Below are positions 13,053 to 27,165 of a stretch of DNA of 64,000 bases, piece after piece; the stretch's first letter is position 1, and each line of letters opens with the position of its first letter. The translations under genes and the position numbers were made by a program. The notes under the pieces are model-generated. The model saw only the letters and a program-made list of their open reading frames with translations. It made no database searches and was not told the DNA's origin. The stretch covers positions 59,272,001 to 59,336,000 of the forward strand of contig OX597823.1 of assembly GCA_951406725.2 (NCBI GenBank), written 5' to 3'. The stretch is from Octopus vulgaris (lineage: Eukaryota).

Positions 13053-13687
13053 GAAGGGTGAAATTAATTAATTTGGAATAATTATCAATTACACCAAGTA
13101 GTCTTCGGTATGTAAAAGCCTCATTCGAGGAAAATTTAAGTAATACTAAGCAATAAAGGGTTTAGCAACGAATTGCCTTACCACAGACCGAATTTAGAAA
13201 TAGCAGTCAAAGAGTTATAGCTATTTCTTCTAGCATCTTGTTTTGGCTACACGCGGGTGGGAAGAGGCTGGTGACACAATCTTTTCATTCACACTTTGAA
13301 TTTGGTGATACTAGTTGCGGATTCTAGCTCGCTCTGATACTGAGTTGAGTTGGTGCCTTCTAGTATCTCAAAATTCAATATATAATCATTTATGATTATA
13401 GTATTCTACGCTGAAAAAGAAGTTTGGGTAAGGTAGAATTATTTAATATTTAATTCTTATGCTTTCCTAAAAACTTGATTTCGAAACGTGCGTCCGTAGA
13501 TAACTTAAAATTGTATGATAGATTGCCGTCAATTCATTCTCTCTTACCTGTTTGTGTCTGCCTTCCAATTGCTGTATTTTTACTGAGATCTCCCTTTTTA
13601 GTAGAAGAAATAGCTATAACTCTTTGACTGCTATTTCTAAATTCGGTCTGTGGTAAGGCAATTCGTTGCTAAACCCTTTATTGCTTA

Positions 13688-13691
<4 letters not shown>
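13051..13691 (+). mobile_element. Non-coding Penelope-like element with inverted terminal segment, inside (TA)n
   Basis: (TA)n on both sides; perfect 90-bp inverted repeat 13143-13232 / 13602-13691; internal hammerhead fold. The Penelope assignment is inferred from architecture. Confidence 0.72.
13405..13500 (+). ncRNA. Type I hammerhead ribozyme fold, G8A core variant
   Basis: TCTACG-CTGAAAA-[65-nt AT-rich stem II]-GAAA-C-GTGC-GTC-CGTAGA: 6-bp stem I and GUC site. Confidence 0.72.
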
Positions 13692-13726
<35 letters not shown>

Positions 13727-13749
13727 CACCCACTACCATATACATATGG

Positions 13750-14163
13750 TAATGGGTAGCGATTTTCTTCACTACTTCAAGCAGTGACGACCTTGCCTGA
13801 CATGAGTCCCAGGCTCAGCTGGCTCCGGCTGACAGTACCCGGTATGGGCCCCTATGCAGGGTTACGGAAAGGAGACAACATTCAGGGAAATACGGAGTGG
13901 AGCCCCGTAGGTGGTTTAGTGTTCGACTGGACAATCTTCCGGTAGCTCCTGCAACCAAGCTGGTGCCAAACGAAATGCTCTGCGCTCCTTTGGACTACGT
14001 CAGCAAGGTCGAGAGAGGAATCCTGACGACTGGTCTACCCAGGATTTTCTTACATATAGCCCAGGCCTGTGCAAAACTGGAGAGGATATGAAATGTAAAA
14101 ACCAGACTGGATTAGTTTATGCGCACTCCATTGTCTCCCGAGACAAAAGGATGCCAACAACAA
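13750..14163 (+). mobile_element. Non-autonomous RTE-derived short element (5'UTR-like part plus RTE-like 3' end)
   Basis: GC-rich island with GCCCAGGC..TG..CTGGAGAGG and terminal CCATTGTCTCCCGAGACAAAAGGATGCCAA plus (CAA) tail, resembling RTE-clade UTRs as I recall them; no meaningful ORF. Confidence 0.6.
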
Positions 14164-14626
14164 ATATATATATATATATACACTAGCACCTAGCATCTCC
14201 CAGTACCAACACCACACACCATTACGCACACACCCAGACACACACCGCAATATCCTCACCACACACACCATCATACAAAACCCCTACATACTGATCAACT
14301 CATTACCCACACCACACACCATTTATGAACACTCCCACACATACTCCCATGTAGTACATACATTCACAGCACCCTACACTGCTCAACCTCTCACTCTTGT
14401 CACCTCATACTATCCAGTACCTCCATGCATTTCCTCACAACGCACAGTATTCACTCCAAAAAGCACATACAATGCAATTACAACATGCCTGGACACAGAC
14501 AATGTACACATGCACACTACATTCATAGACACATACAACGTTCGCACATAAACACACACAATACACATACATGCACACTCCATGCACTAACACACACACA
14601 CATCAACTGTTAAATTCAAGCGTTTG

Positions 14627-14659
<33 letters not shown>

Positions 14660-15885
14660 GGTAGCCTCACATACATAGTATACACAGCTTCACACTCCGT
14701 TTTATATACACCCGTACATACGCAGGCACATACACACAAATGAACGGCATGTACCTCACCCCACATAATGCTTACTTATACACATATGTACACTCCCTCG
14801 TACTCATGCACAGGTCTAAGCGTTTGCACACACACATACACGACACACACAATAACCGCATATACGTACGTTCGTATGCACACTCACACAAATACAAGAA
14901 AAGCACATTACTCCACAAAATGCACGCATTAGGTTACTTATACTCATACATACACACATTTTCACATGAACACAAATCGCCAATATGATTTTAAGTAATG
15001 TTTATCTCTATTTCAACATGGCTAGTCCGTAGGACCCGACGTTACTACCGTTACTTCTCAGTACAGTTACCACTTTCATCATTTATAGAGATTTTTCTAA
15101 TCACCTACTTTGCTTGTTGCTAGATTAGTGACTGGTTGTCGCTTATTTTTCAGGCATTTCATTTCACGTTTCTGTTTACTTAGTTGCACGGACCGTTCAC
15201 TCCCTGCAACGGACTGGTATTGAAGGAGAACATTGCATTCTATGATGCCTCACTGTTGACTAGGCGAGTGGAAATCATTCGAATGCTACCGGTTTCAAAT
15301 TCTTTCACCAGGGCAACAATTTTGGAGTAGTAGATGAGTCGATTACATTGACCCTAGTGTTCAACTGATACTTCTTTTATCGACCCCAAAAGGATGAAAG
15401 GTAAAGTCGGCCTCGGCGGTATTAGAACTCAGGACACAGAAGTGTATAATAACAGTCGATAGTGTGGTCGATAAAGTTATATAGTGGTTGGTAGGCAGAA
15501 GAAGTTATAGGAAGACGTGAGGGGGTGAAGGGAAAACGGAATTTGGTGGGTCCACTCCAACGACTGAACACCATGAGAGGAATCGGAGTTGACAAGGTGT
15601 AGTAAAAGAACGTTCTGCCCATTCTAAAAGTAGAGAGCTGATATTCAAAAGAGGAAAGATGGGGCTGAGGTAGGAATGATGATGAAGATGACGATGGTGA
15701 TCGTCATCGCCTTCATCTCGCACTCTATTGACGCAGTGAACTGTGAAATGATCAATAAATAATGCCTTTTCTTTTATAGATAAAACTGATGCACACGTTC
15801 TTAATTAATGAACAGAGAGCGCGAGTGAAACAGTGTGCGTGTGTGAATATGTGAGCAGCTTGTGTAAAGTAGGTTTATACATATA

Positions 15886-15962
15886 CTAGCAGTATCGCCC
15901 GGCGTTGCTCGGGTTTGTAAGGGAAATAACTATATAAGCATTTTTAGAGAGTTACTTCCTTT
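15886..15962 (-). mobile_element. Helitron 3' terminal fragment
   Basis: Minus strand reads CCCGAGCAACGCCGGG (hairpin)-CGATACTG-CTAG|T; the duplicated flank shows an A|T insertion site. Confidence 0.85.
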
Positions 15963-16954
15963 AGAGAACGCGAGTGAAACAGTGTGCGTGTGTGAATATG
16001 TGAGCAGCTGTGTAAAGCAGGTTTATACATATATGCGTGATGTATGTATATATGTGCGTGAAGAAAGAAAGCGGAAGTAAATTCTGAGTGAGTGGAACTG
16101 GTATATTTTCCATTCTTCTTTCCTTGGTGTGGGAATGATTGGTTCCAACCTACAATGTCGTTCTAATGTACATGTTCTCCGTAATTGCAAACTGCTCAGT
16201 ATCACTCAAGGTAAATTAGTTACAGACTTTGAGCTAATTATTCATATGTGTTTTTGAACCGTGATTCCAATTTTTAACTTTTATGTCTATTAATTGTCAG
16301 CATGTAATTAATTTTTATAGAAAATAGATGGAAGTTATGTTAGAAAACTAATTAAGATACATTTTTTTATAAAGATGCTGTAGCCAGTTTTTATATTAAA
16401 AAAAAAAGAATAATTAAAAATCCCACCTTGAATTAACCTCAAGATATTTTTATAAATATATCACCCATGATTCAAGTGATAGCTTTATTTTTCATGAATA
16501 TGTCTGAACTTTCTAGTTGCCGTTAGTGGCGAAATAAAATACTTGCAATTTTAAACCATATTTTATTGCATTTTGTATATTCGCACATTGTGTCCATAAA
16601 AATCATATTTTAAACTTAAAGCAATGGAAACAAAAATGTATTGAATACTACGAGAAATAAAAGGTATTTTTTCAAATAGTTTGATTATTGATTTATTTTG
16701 AACAGGCAGCATACATAAAATTATGTATACAGTGGATTAGATAAACCCCAGTTTATTATTGGTGCGTAACTTATTTTGCCAGACAAACATTGCCAGCAAA
16801 AGGCCATCGATTGAGCCCACATAATGGAGGAACAAAACTAAATAAAATTTGGCTTTCCCCGTTGTTGATCTCTTCTCACCTTTTCTGGGTTTTTTTTTTT
16901 TGGTTTTTTTTTAGTATCTAAAATATTACGGAGGACGTGTAGCCTATCATATCG

Positions 16955-17349
16955 ATTTGAAAATTTGATACAAGGCCAGCAAGTTCAGGGGAGGGGTAAG
17001 TTGATTACGTCGACCCAAGTGCTCAACTGGTACTTGTTTTATCAACACCGAAAGGATGAAAGCCAAAGTTGACCGCAGCGGAATTTGAACTCACAACGTA
17101 ACGCAGACTAAATACCTATTTCTTTATTACCCACAAGGGGCTAAACACAGAGGGGACAAACAAGGACAGACATAGGTATTAAGTCGATTACATCGACCCC
17201 AGTGCGTAACTGGTATTTAATTTATCGACCCCGAAAGGATGAAAGGCAAAGTCGACCTCGGCGGAATTTGAACTCACAACGTAACGCAGACGAAATACCG
17301 CTAAGCATTTCGCCCGGCGTGCTAACGTTTCTGCCAGCTCGCCGCCTTC
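16955..17349 (-). mobile_element. Dimeric SINE family A
   Basis: Full monomer, linker (GTCCTTGTTTGTCC..TAGCCCCTTGTGGGTA) and second partial monomer; same layout as 34138-34540. Confidence 0.9.
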
Positions 17350-17759
17350 TATTCTCAATATATTAATGCTTTGCAAAAGAGTCCATACTGTCGCACACAT
17401 TTGGACGAAAACTTCTTCGCCAGCGATTTTCATGCAAGTACTGATTCATGAATGTTTAGCCGTACCTTATTTCGTGGTAATATGTGTGATGCAAATTGAC
17501 GTCAACTGGTCAATGAACTTTGGCTCTTGTATTGGAACATTTACATGGTCATTTGATCTCCAAGAAATAGCAGCTAAAACTTCGTCAAATCACAGCGATT
17601 TGTCTTGCAAATTGAAATGAATCGTTACATATTTCAGATAGGATCAACATGGGAGAAACAGTCTCCGTTGGAATCTTTTCAATCACAGGTCTGGTAATGC
17701 TTCCTGCTTGACATGAACAAGTAGGTGTATTAGTTTGACGCTCGGGAAGAAGGGGAAGC

Positions 17760-17795
17760 CTTTGGTGTTTGGAGCTTACGCTCTTTGACTGAAAG
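17760..17795 (-). ncRNA. Decayed minimal hammerhead remnant
   Basis: Minus strand CTTT-CAGTCAA-AGAGC-GTAA-GCTC-CAAAC-ACC-AAAG: stems kept, core destroyed. The downstream tail resembles that of the 42317 copy. Confidence 0.4.
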
Positions 17796-17879
17796 CATTG
17801 AGAGAGGGAAATAGGAAAGCGAACGAAAGAAAAACGGAGAGAGAAAAGTGTGTAGGGATAAAAGGTTCAACATGATGAA

Positions 17880-17915
<36 letters not shown>

Positions 17916-18124
17916 TTTAGTTTTTATCTAATAAATCCACTCACAAGGCTTTGGTCGGCCCGAGGTTATAGTAGAAGCCAACGAGCCAAAGGGCTACGCA
18001 GTGGAACTGTACTCGAAACCATGTGGTTGGAAGCAAACTTCTAAACGACATTCAATAAAGCGCATGTGTGTGTGTGTGTGTATATATAGATGTGTGTGTG
18101 TGATAGATAGATAGATAGATAGAC

Positions 18125-18191
<67 letters not shown>

Positions 18192-18469
18192 CCGAGAAGG
18201 AATTTTGAGAGTGTGTGATGTTCATGCATTTCTCAGTAATAATAAGAATACCACTGATATTAAGTTACTTTGCCTCTGAATTAAATTCTACTGGTGGACT
18301 AAATTTTCTGACTGATTTAACTCCCGCATAATCACGGCTGTGTTATAACTCAACCGCTAAAACTAACAAATTAGTTTTAATATCAAAATAACCATACTAG
18401 AAATAATTATTTCAGTAACCATTTGTTTTTATTAGAAAATAGTTCTTCTTCCTCTTCTTTTTCTTCTTC

Positions 18470-18507
<38 letters not shown>

Positions 18508-18951
18508 ATTGCAAGTAAAAAAAAAAAAAAGAAACATGAAACAAAAAAGAAATAATGGAAGAAATGAAAAGAATTCCACAAGCAAAATTGAAGCGATATA
18601 AATCAAAGAATCAATAATAAAAGATAACAGTGTTTAGAATTTGTATTTAAATATCTGAACAAAACTATTTGCTCCAATCGGAATATGAATTCTAGTGTCT
18701 GTCGAATGAAATTATATTTGCTGTTAGACAAACCATAGATTTCTTTAATGAATATCAATGAAGCTAGGCTTCTTTTTATAGCAAGAGATCATGCAAAAAT
18801 TGCATGGAAATAATGTTCGTCATGAATCAATATATTTCAGAACATTGTGTAAATAGATCAGATTTCCATGTCATTAGAACAATGTTCAGATAAAGAAAAA
18901 AAAGATTCCGATTTTTGTTTATTTATTTATTTATTTATTTTGGTTTTCCAG

Positions 18952-19177
18952 GATTTTTCTCTCCCAACCTCCTAAACCTTCGTAGTATACCCGATGTATA
19001 AACTAACTGACATTGACACATGGGAATGGCGCAGGCAACGTCGTTTTCATCGCTGCAATCTGAAATATTACACACTTATCGCAACTGAAGCCTTTCTCTC
19101 CAACGATTTGTTATAATTCCCTCGTGATGTTTATTGATCGCTGAAAAACCAACGCACGGGAATGCTTTTATGCAGCA
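18952..19177 (+). other. Candidate non-coding exon
   Basis: Unique sequence bounded by a strong acceptor (TTTATTTTGGTTTTCCAG|) and donor (|GTGAGT); stops in all three frames. Confidence 0.25.
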
Positions 19178-19700
19178 GTGAGTAAAAGCAATCAGCTGAC
19201 GAGCAAAATCTTTTCATTGGTCACACTGCCAGCTCATCAGCTGACTAGTTCAGAGGAATCGTTCCGATGTGGCTGGCTGGCTGCTAGTTACCATGCGTTT
19301 GTACACATTAAAGAAAATTATATGTACGCGCGCGTGCGTGTGTGCATGTGGCAGTGTATACGTGCGTGTGTGTGTGTGTGTGTCTACATGTGTCTATGTA
19401 TGTAAATATTAGATATATGCATGTGTATATATGCGTATATATATATTTACATATATAAATATGTACCTATATATATATTGGTATATATTATACGCATCCA
19501 TATATACACTTATATATAGATGCTCACCCATGCATTTTTACATGGAAGCAGACATACAAATATATCAGCATATATATATATATATACATATATATACATA
19601 CATATACATATATATATATATATGTATATATATACATGCTTATATATATATATATATATATATATATACAACATATATATATGTATATAAGTATATATAT

Positions 19701-19743
<43 letters not shown>

Positions 19744-20098
19744 CTGTATACATATACACACTGCAAGTATAGAAGACCAAGATATACTAGGATGCGTGTG
19801 TTTGTTGGTGTTTGCAAATATATATATAAACACACATACATACAAACACACGCACACACACACACACGCATATATATATGTATATATACACACACAAATG
19901 CATATATATGTGCATGTGTGCGCGCGCGCATGTATGTGTTCGGTTTCTTCGTGCTTTTCTTTTTCTTTTTTTCTATCCAGTCAGTCTTTAAATGTTGTTG
20001 ATCATAACAGTGCGACTATAATAATGTTTGCCATGTTTCCTTCTCTCTCTCCCCATCCCCGCTTCCTCCTTCACACTCTCCCCTCTCACACCCACCCA

Positions 20099-20129
<31 letters not shown>

Positions 20130-20388
20130 TTCATCTCTTTCTCTCACTCCTTCTGTCTTCATTAACATGCTATTTTCACACTGCTACACAATGAAGCATA
20201 TTGATTTGAGTCAGTTGGCAGTGAATAAAGATAAAAACATAGAAGATAAAAATAAACAAACTTAACATTAAAGCAACATTTATTCCGAAATTCATTCATT
20301 TCTTGTACAGCTGACAATTTGTTCGCGTTTTTTCCGTTTGCTACTTATTTTTATTATCATTATTATCATTATTATTATTATTATCATT

Positions 20389-20494
<106 letters not shown>

Positions 20495-21235
20495 GCTTTA
20501 CATTCGTGCAATTTGCTGTTATTTCTGTTGATATTCATCTCCAAGTTTGCTCTCATCAGGTAGGCACCTACAATCAAGCGCGTTCCACTCGTGATCATTC
20601 CGTCTTTTACACACACTTACATGCATACACACACACGCTAAGCGCGAACACACCTCCACACTCATACACACATGTATTTATGTGTGTATGTCCATATCTG
20701 TGTGTGTATGTATGTGTGTGTGTGTGTGTGTGCGTATTTTTTATCTTTTGGTTCAGTTAGGTTTAGTCGAAATCTACTACAGTACTATTTTTTTAAAGTA
20801 CGGTACTTATCTATCAGCCTTTATTACCGAACTGCTGAGTTATTGGGACGTAAACAAACCAACGTTGGTTGTCAAACTATGGTGAGGAAAAACACTAATA
20901 CACATGGATACACATACACATATATGCATGAATTTTTTCATGTATTTATTGTATATGTATGCGTGTGTGTGTGTTCGAAACGTGGTGTAGATTAAACAGT
21001 GCACAGCTGATGAAGGGATTGTTCTTTATGTTGCCTGTCACGTTTCTCTGTGTGTTTCTTTCGTTGTTCGAAAAAGGTTTGTTTTCCATGTTTTTGTTTT
21101 ATGTTTTATGTTCTCGTTTTTCATTTTGTTCACGTTTATTTTGACGTCGTGTACCCATATATGCATGTATATATTCATATATATGTAGGTATGTACATAT
21201 ATGTATGTATATATGCATATATATATTATTTATAT

Positions 21236-21307
<72 letters not shown>

Positions 21308-21622
21308 GTAGAAAAATACAAACTGGGACAAGAACGTAAAACATTTAGAAGACGATACAAAAAACACGGACGGGACATTCGAAGCCTTCAATCTTCAGTC
21401 AAGAACCGGATCATCGTAGCAATTTCGGCTGATATATATATATATATATATATATACGACGTAATTCTTTCAATTTCCGTCTACGAAATTCACTCATAAG
21501 ACTTGAGTCGGTCCGAGAATGTAGTAGAAGATACATGTCCAAGGTGTTATGCAGTGGGACTGAAACCTGAACCACGTAATTGGGAGGCAAATTTCTTACC
21601 ACACTGCCACGCTTGCGATATA

Positions 21623-21698
<76 letters not shown>

Positions 21699-22403
21699 GA
21701 TTTATAGATAGAGAGAGGGAGGGAGGGAGAGTGCGCGCCCTTAGCTTATAATTTTGGGGCCTACCAATTTTGAACAGTCTCAAGTGTAACAGGCCGAAAC
21801 TGTAATGATGATAGGAAGCTTGACTGAAGAATAGAAAGCCACGATTTTTCCGTCCTGGTTTTTTTCGTCTTTGTATCATCCTTCTGTCCGTATGTTCCTG
21901 GAATTGTCGTTATTGCTGCTGTTCTGCTGTCGTTTTGATATTGCTGTCGTTGTTGTTTTTGCCGATGACGATGATGATGATGATGGTGGTGGTGGTGGTG
22001 GTGGTGGTGGTGGTGGTGGTGGTGGTGGTGGTGGTGGTGATGTTGTTGTCGTTCAGTCCACACATCGTCTCTAAACGAGTAGACCTATCCTTTTTTGAAA
22101 GAGCCCATTTCTAAGACGATGGAAAGTTATTTGAGGAAGATTTGGCTGCTATTTGGAATAAGTGGATCAGACAAGTTAGCTTTTTTGTTGTTGTTGTTGT
22201 ACTGTTGTTGTTTATCGCCAGATCAAACCTGATACAGTATACCTATAATTAAAATCCTCTCCTCTCTATCAAGATTGTATTTTATGAAGATAAAGTAGAT
22301 CTAGCGCACTACCATAATCTAATGTTTCCTACGCTTTTTAAGACATTAGAAGTAGTTTGAGGGATATTTAAATAACTGTTGTTGTTGTTCGTGGTCATGT
22401 CCG

Positions 22404-22452
<49 letters not shown>

Positions 22453-22475
22453 CACTACTACTACAACTACTACTG

Positions 22476-22506
<31 letters not shown>

Positions 22507-23442
22507 CACTACTACTATTACTTCTGCTGCTGCTTCTTGTACTTGCAGTAATGGCGGAGGTGATGATGGTGGTGGTAGTAGTAGTGTTGTTGTTGTTGCT
22601 GCTGTTGTGGGTGGTGGTGGTGGTGGTCTATTGTATTTACTTCCGTTACTGTTTAACTCCGGAACAGATCTGATCGAGCTGATTTCTGATGAAAGACGTT
22701 CCAACCAGAGCAGTCCTGATACAGAGTTTTCTACCATTTCTGTATGTCCCAAACACACACACACTCACACTCACACACACACACGCACACGCAAACACAG
22801 ACACGCACACACACACACACACAAACACAGAGGATTCTCCAAAATCCTTCTTATAGTACAACGCAGCCAATATTGAGAATGAGTGAAAGAAGAAAGACAC
22901 ATCAGCCCCTTTATTTGATTGGTGCTTTATTTAACGACACTGGCCAAAAAGATAAAATGAAAAAAGTCAAGCAAAATCGAACTCAGAATGTAGAGAACCG
23001 GGAAAAAATATACCACAAATCATTCTCTCTAATGTCCTGATAATGTCTTTGCCAATTCATGCATGTCATTGTGACGCTGCGACCGCCGCCGCCGCCGTTG
23101 TCTTCGTCGTCTTAGGTTTTCTCGGTTGACGAAATTCTAATACCTACTCTCAGTTATATCTATTTCGTCTTCTTCATGTGGTTGTGAAGATTTCTTTGAA
23201 ACGTTCAGCGGTATTCCCTGTTTGTCGAGAGATTTTCTTCACCGATGGTGACCAGCTTTCTAGTATTCACCTACAATTTTGATATTGCATGTCTTCTCTC
23301 AGAGTTCCACTCTCAGAGTTCGGTACTAAGACTACATTATTAAATATGTCTTTCGTTTGTTTTTCTTTTTTTTTTTAATGAAGACCTATCAATTTGATTG
23401 TTACTTCTAACAGAAAGCTGTGGTTAGTGACGCAGTCTCATA

Positions 23443-23892
23443 TTAGTATCAAATTTTGGCGCAAGGCCAGAAATTTCGGAAAACGGGTTAAGTCGATTTT
23501 CATCAACTCCAGAGTTCAACTGGTACTTATTTAATCAACCCCGAAAGGATGAAAGGCAAAGTCGACTTCGGCGGAATTTGAAATCAGAACGTAAATACGA
23601 ACGAAATGTTGCTTGGCATTTTGCCCAGCGTACTAATGATTCTGCCAGCTCACCGCTTTAACTCAGTTTCATTTTGATAGCATACGAATGGGTTAATAAA
23701 ACCTCCGAGTTGGCAGAACCTTTATCTCGACGGGCAAAATACTTCGCGTTTCTTCTGGCTTTATACGTTCTGAGTTCAAATTTCACAACTGCTGTCTTTA
23801 CTTTCCTCGTTTCGGCGTCGATACGTTCATGTAATCGACTAGACAGCTCTGCCCAAATTTCAGATCCCGCGCCTATCATAGAAATAATATTA
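23443..23892. mobile_element. Head-to-head pair of SINE family A copies
   Basis: Minus copy 23443-23657 and plus copy ~23700-23892. Confidence 0.85.
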
Positions 23893-24084
23893 ATGGGTGA
23901 GTTATCATTGATACTTGTGCCTAGCAGTGGTGACAAGCATTTGGAAGGTTTCCATTCGCTACAGACAATATCACTTCTCTTAACTAGTAACGTGGAAGTT
24001 CTTCTCTTCTCCATGTTATCTGCAATGTGTCTATGCATAACAGAAAGCCCAGTCTTCGGTGCGTTATCCTTTGATAATTTTTCT

Positions 24085-24656
<572 letters not shown>

Positions 24657-24744
24657 TTTTGTTTTATATTTCCATTTACATGGTAATATTTGTTTCAAAG
24701 AGGTTCCACCGACCCCGCAGTCAATTTTGCCTGTTTCTTATTTA

Positions 24745-25285
24745 AAAGCGGCAAACTGGTAGAAACGTTAGCATGTCGGGTGGGTGAAATGTTTAGCGAT
24801 ATTTCATCTGTCGTTACGTTCTGAGTTCAAATTCTGCCGAGGTCGACTTTACCTTTCATCCTTTCAGGGTCGATAAATTAAGTACCAGTTGCGTACTGGG
24901 GTAGATCTAATCAACTGGCCTTCTCCCCAAAATTTTGGGGCCTTGTGTCTAGATTAGAAAATAATATTTGTTTTAAAGAGATTCCACCGCACACCGCAGT
25001 CGACTTTGTCTTTTAACCTTTCGGGGTCGATGACTAGCTTTGTACCAAAATTTGAAACCATTAAGCTAGTGAGCTGGCAAGAGTCATTAGCACGCCGGGC
25101 AAAATGCTTTGTAGCTTTTGTCCATCTTTACGTCGTGAGTTCAAATACCGCCAAGGCCGTCGAATTTGTCTTTTATTTTTTCCGGGTTGATAAAAATAAG
25201 TACCAGTCGAACACTGGGCCCGGCGTAATCGAATTACCCCGTTCCTCGAAATTGCATGTCTGGAGCCAAAATTTGAAACGAATAT
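24745..25285 (+). mobile_element. Tandem SINE family A copies
   Basis: Copies at 24745-24965 and ~25045-25285 with a core fragment between them. Confidence 0.85.
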
Positions 25286-25877
25286 TTGTTTTAAGTCATA
25301 AGCGGAAAGCCAAATGTTCCTCGCCGTTTACAAGGGCTTCAAGAACACTGGTGGAAAGAGAGCAAGAAACCACGAATTGCTTATTGACGGATTTGAACCT
25401 ACAAATGAAGATGAAGAACCTAAACCAGTAGTAACCAGATCGCTAAAGAGGAATTAAAAACTTATTAAGTCTGAGGAAATGGGTTATTATTAGAAACGAC
25501 AATGATAACGGTAGTGATGGTGGTGGTAGTGGTGGAAGAGAGGATTATAGCGACAACATCGGTGACAATGATGAATACGACAACGATGATGAAGACGACG
25601 ACGACGACTAAAATGATGATGATGATGATGACGATGATCATGATGATGATCATGATCATGATGGTGGTCGTGATGATGATGAGGATGCTGATGAGGAGGA
25701 AGATACTAACAACGATGGTGATTTGAGAATATTAACGACGATGATAATTCCGCTGCTGCTGCTGTTGTTGAGGACGATGACGACAGTGATGATGTTGATA
25801 ATGATGGGATGATAATGATGATGATGATGATGATGATAATGATGATGATGATAAGGATGATGATGATGATGATGATA

Positions 25878-25952
<75 letters not shown>

Positions 25953-26762
25953 GCGATGACGATGGAAACGAGGATGAAATTGACAACGGCATCAAGGAAG
26001 ATGTTATTAAGATGATGACGGAAAAGATAACGACTGAACACGAGCACAACAACAACAAAACAACAACAGCAACAACAACAACAACGATAATATTAATGGC
26101 GACGATGTGAGGCTAATAATGATGATGAGCAGCGGGAGGACGTGGAGGAGTAGGGGAGAAGAAAAAGGAGAAGAAAGAAAACTGATGATGATGATGATGA
26201 TGACAATGATGACAATGATGATGATGATGATGACTCTATGATTAGCTGAGGGAATGGCATGATTATGTAAAATAACTTGCTTCTATATTCACGTTATCAC
26301 AGTTAAAATATTCAATAGTGCCAGGTGTTGTATAATTTATACAAATATGGCTGAATAGTGATATGATCTAACTTAAGGCTTCCAAATATCCAAATAGAAC
26401 ATAACCAACACACAGCATTAATATACGCTACGTCATTCAGAAGATAACTTGTACGTTTGTGTAAAAGTATGATATATGTACAGCAAGCAACGAACTGATT
26501 GTGGCTACACTGATGTCTCGAATGCAACATGTTCGTAGATACGTATAATAAGCACCGTGGTAGTCAGACTACCTACCGGTCGATAGCAAACATCTGATGG
26601 AGCATATTCTTTTTCGTTCTCTTCTTTACTTCCTCTTCCCCACCTCTCTCTCTCCCTCTCTATCTATTCTCTCTTCCTCTCCACACAAAAGTATTGTAAG
26701 TGTGTATGGATATATATACCAGTGTATGAATCTCTCTTTCACACTGAGTATGTTTGTACATG

Positions 26763-26825
<63 letters not shown>

Positions 26826-26828
<3 letters not shown>

Positions 26829-27039
26829 GGTGGCCCAAAAGTAGGTTTACAGTTATTCAACTATCGCTTTCGCATATTAGCAGTGCAGATCTTAATTATA
26901 AAAAACTAAATTAGCGTTATTGTATGCTAATTTAGTTAATTTTGTCAAGTACCTTTTACTGTTTGTAAGATAGAAATTTAAAAGTAATAAAATGTTCTAA
27001 AAGAAATTTTAACTGCAAACCTACTTTTGGGTCACCCTG
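26826..27039. mobile_element. Tc1/mariner-type MITE
   Basis: TA|CAGGGTGGCCCAAAAGTAGGTTTACAGTT ... AACTGCAAACCTACTTTTGGGTCACCCTG|TA (29-bp TIR, 2 mismatches). Confidence 0.93.
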
Positions 27040-27048
27040 TATGTATGT

Positions 27049-27095
<47 letters not shown>

Positions 27096-27165
27096 GCACA
27101 CACATGTATATATACATATATATTCATATACATATATATACATATATATTTATATTTATATAATA

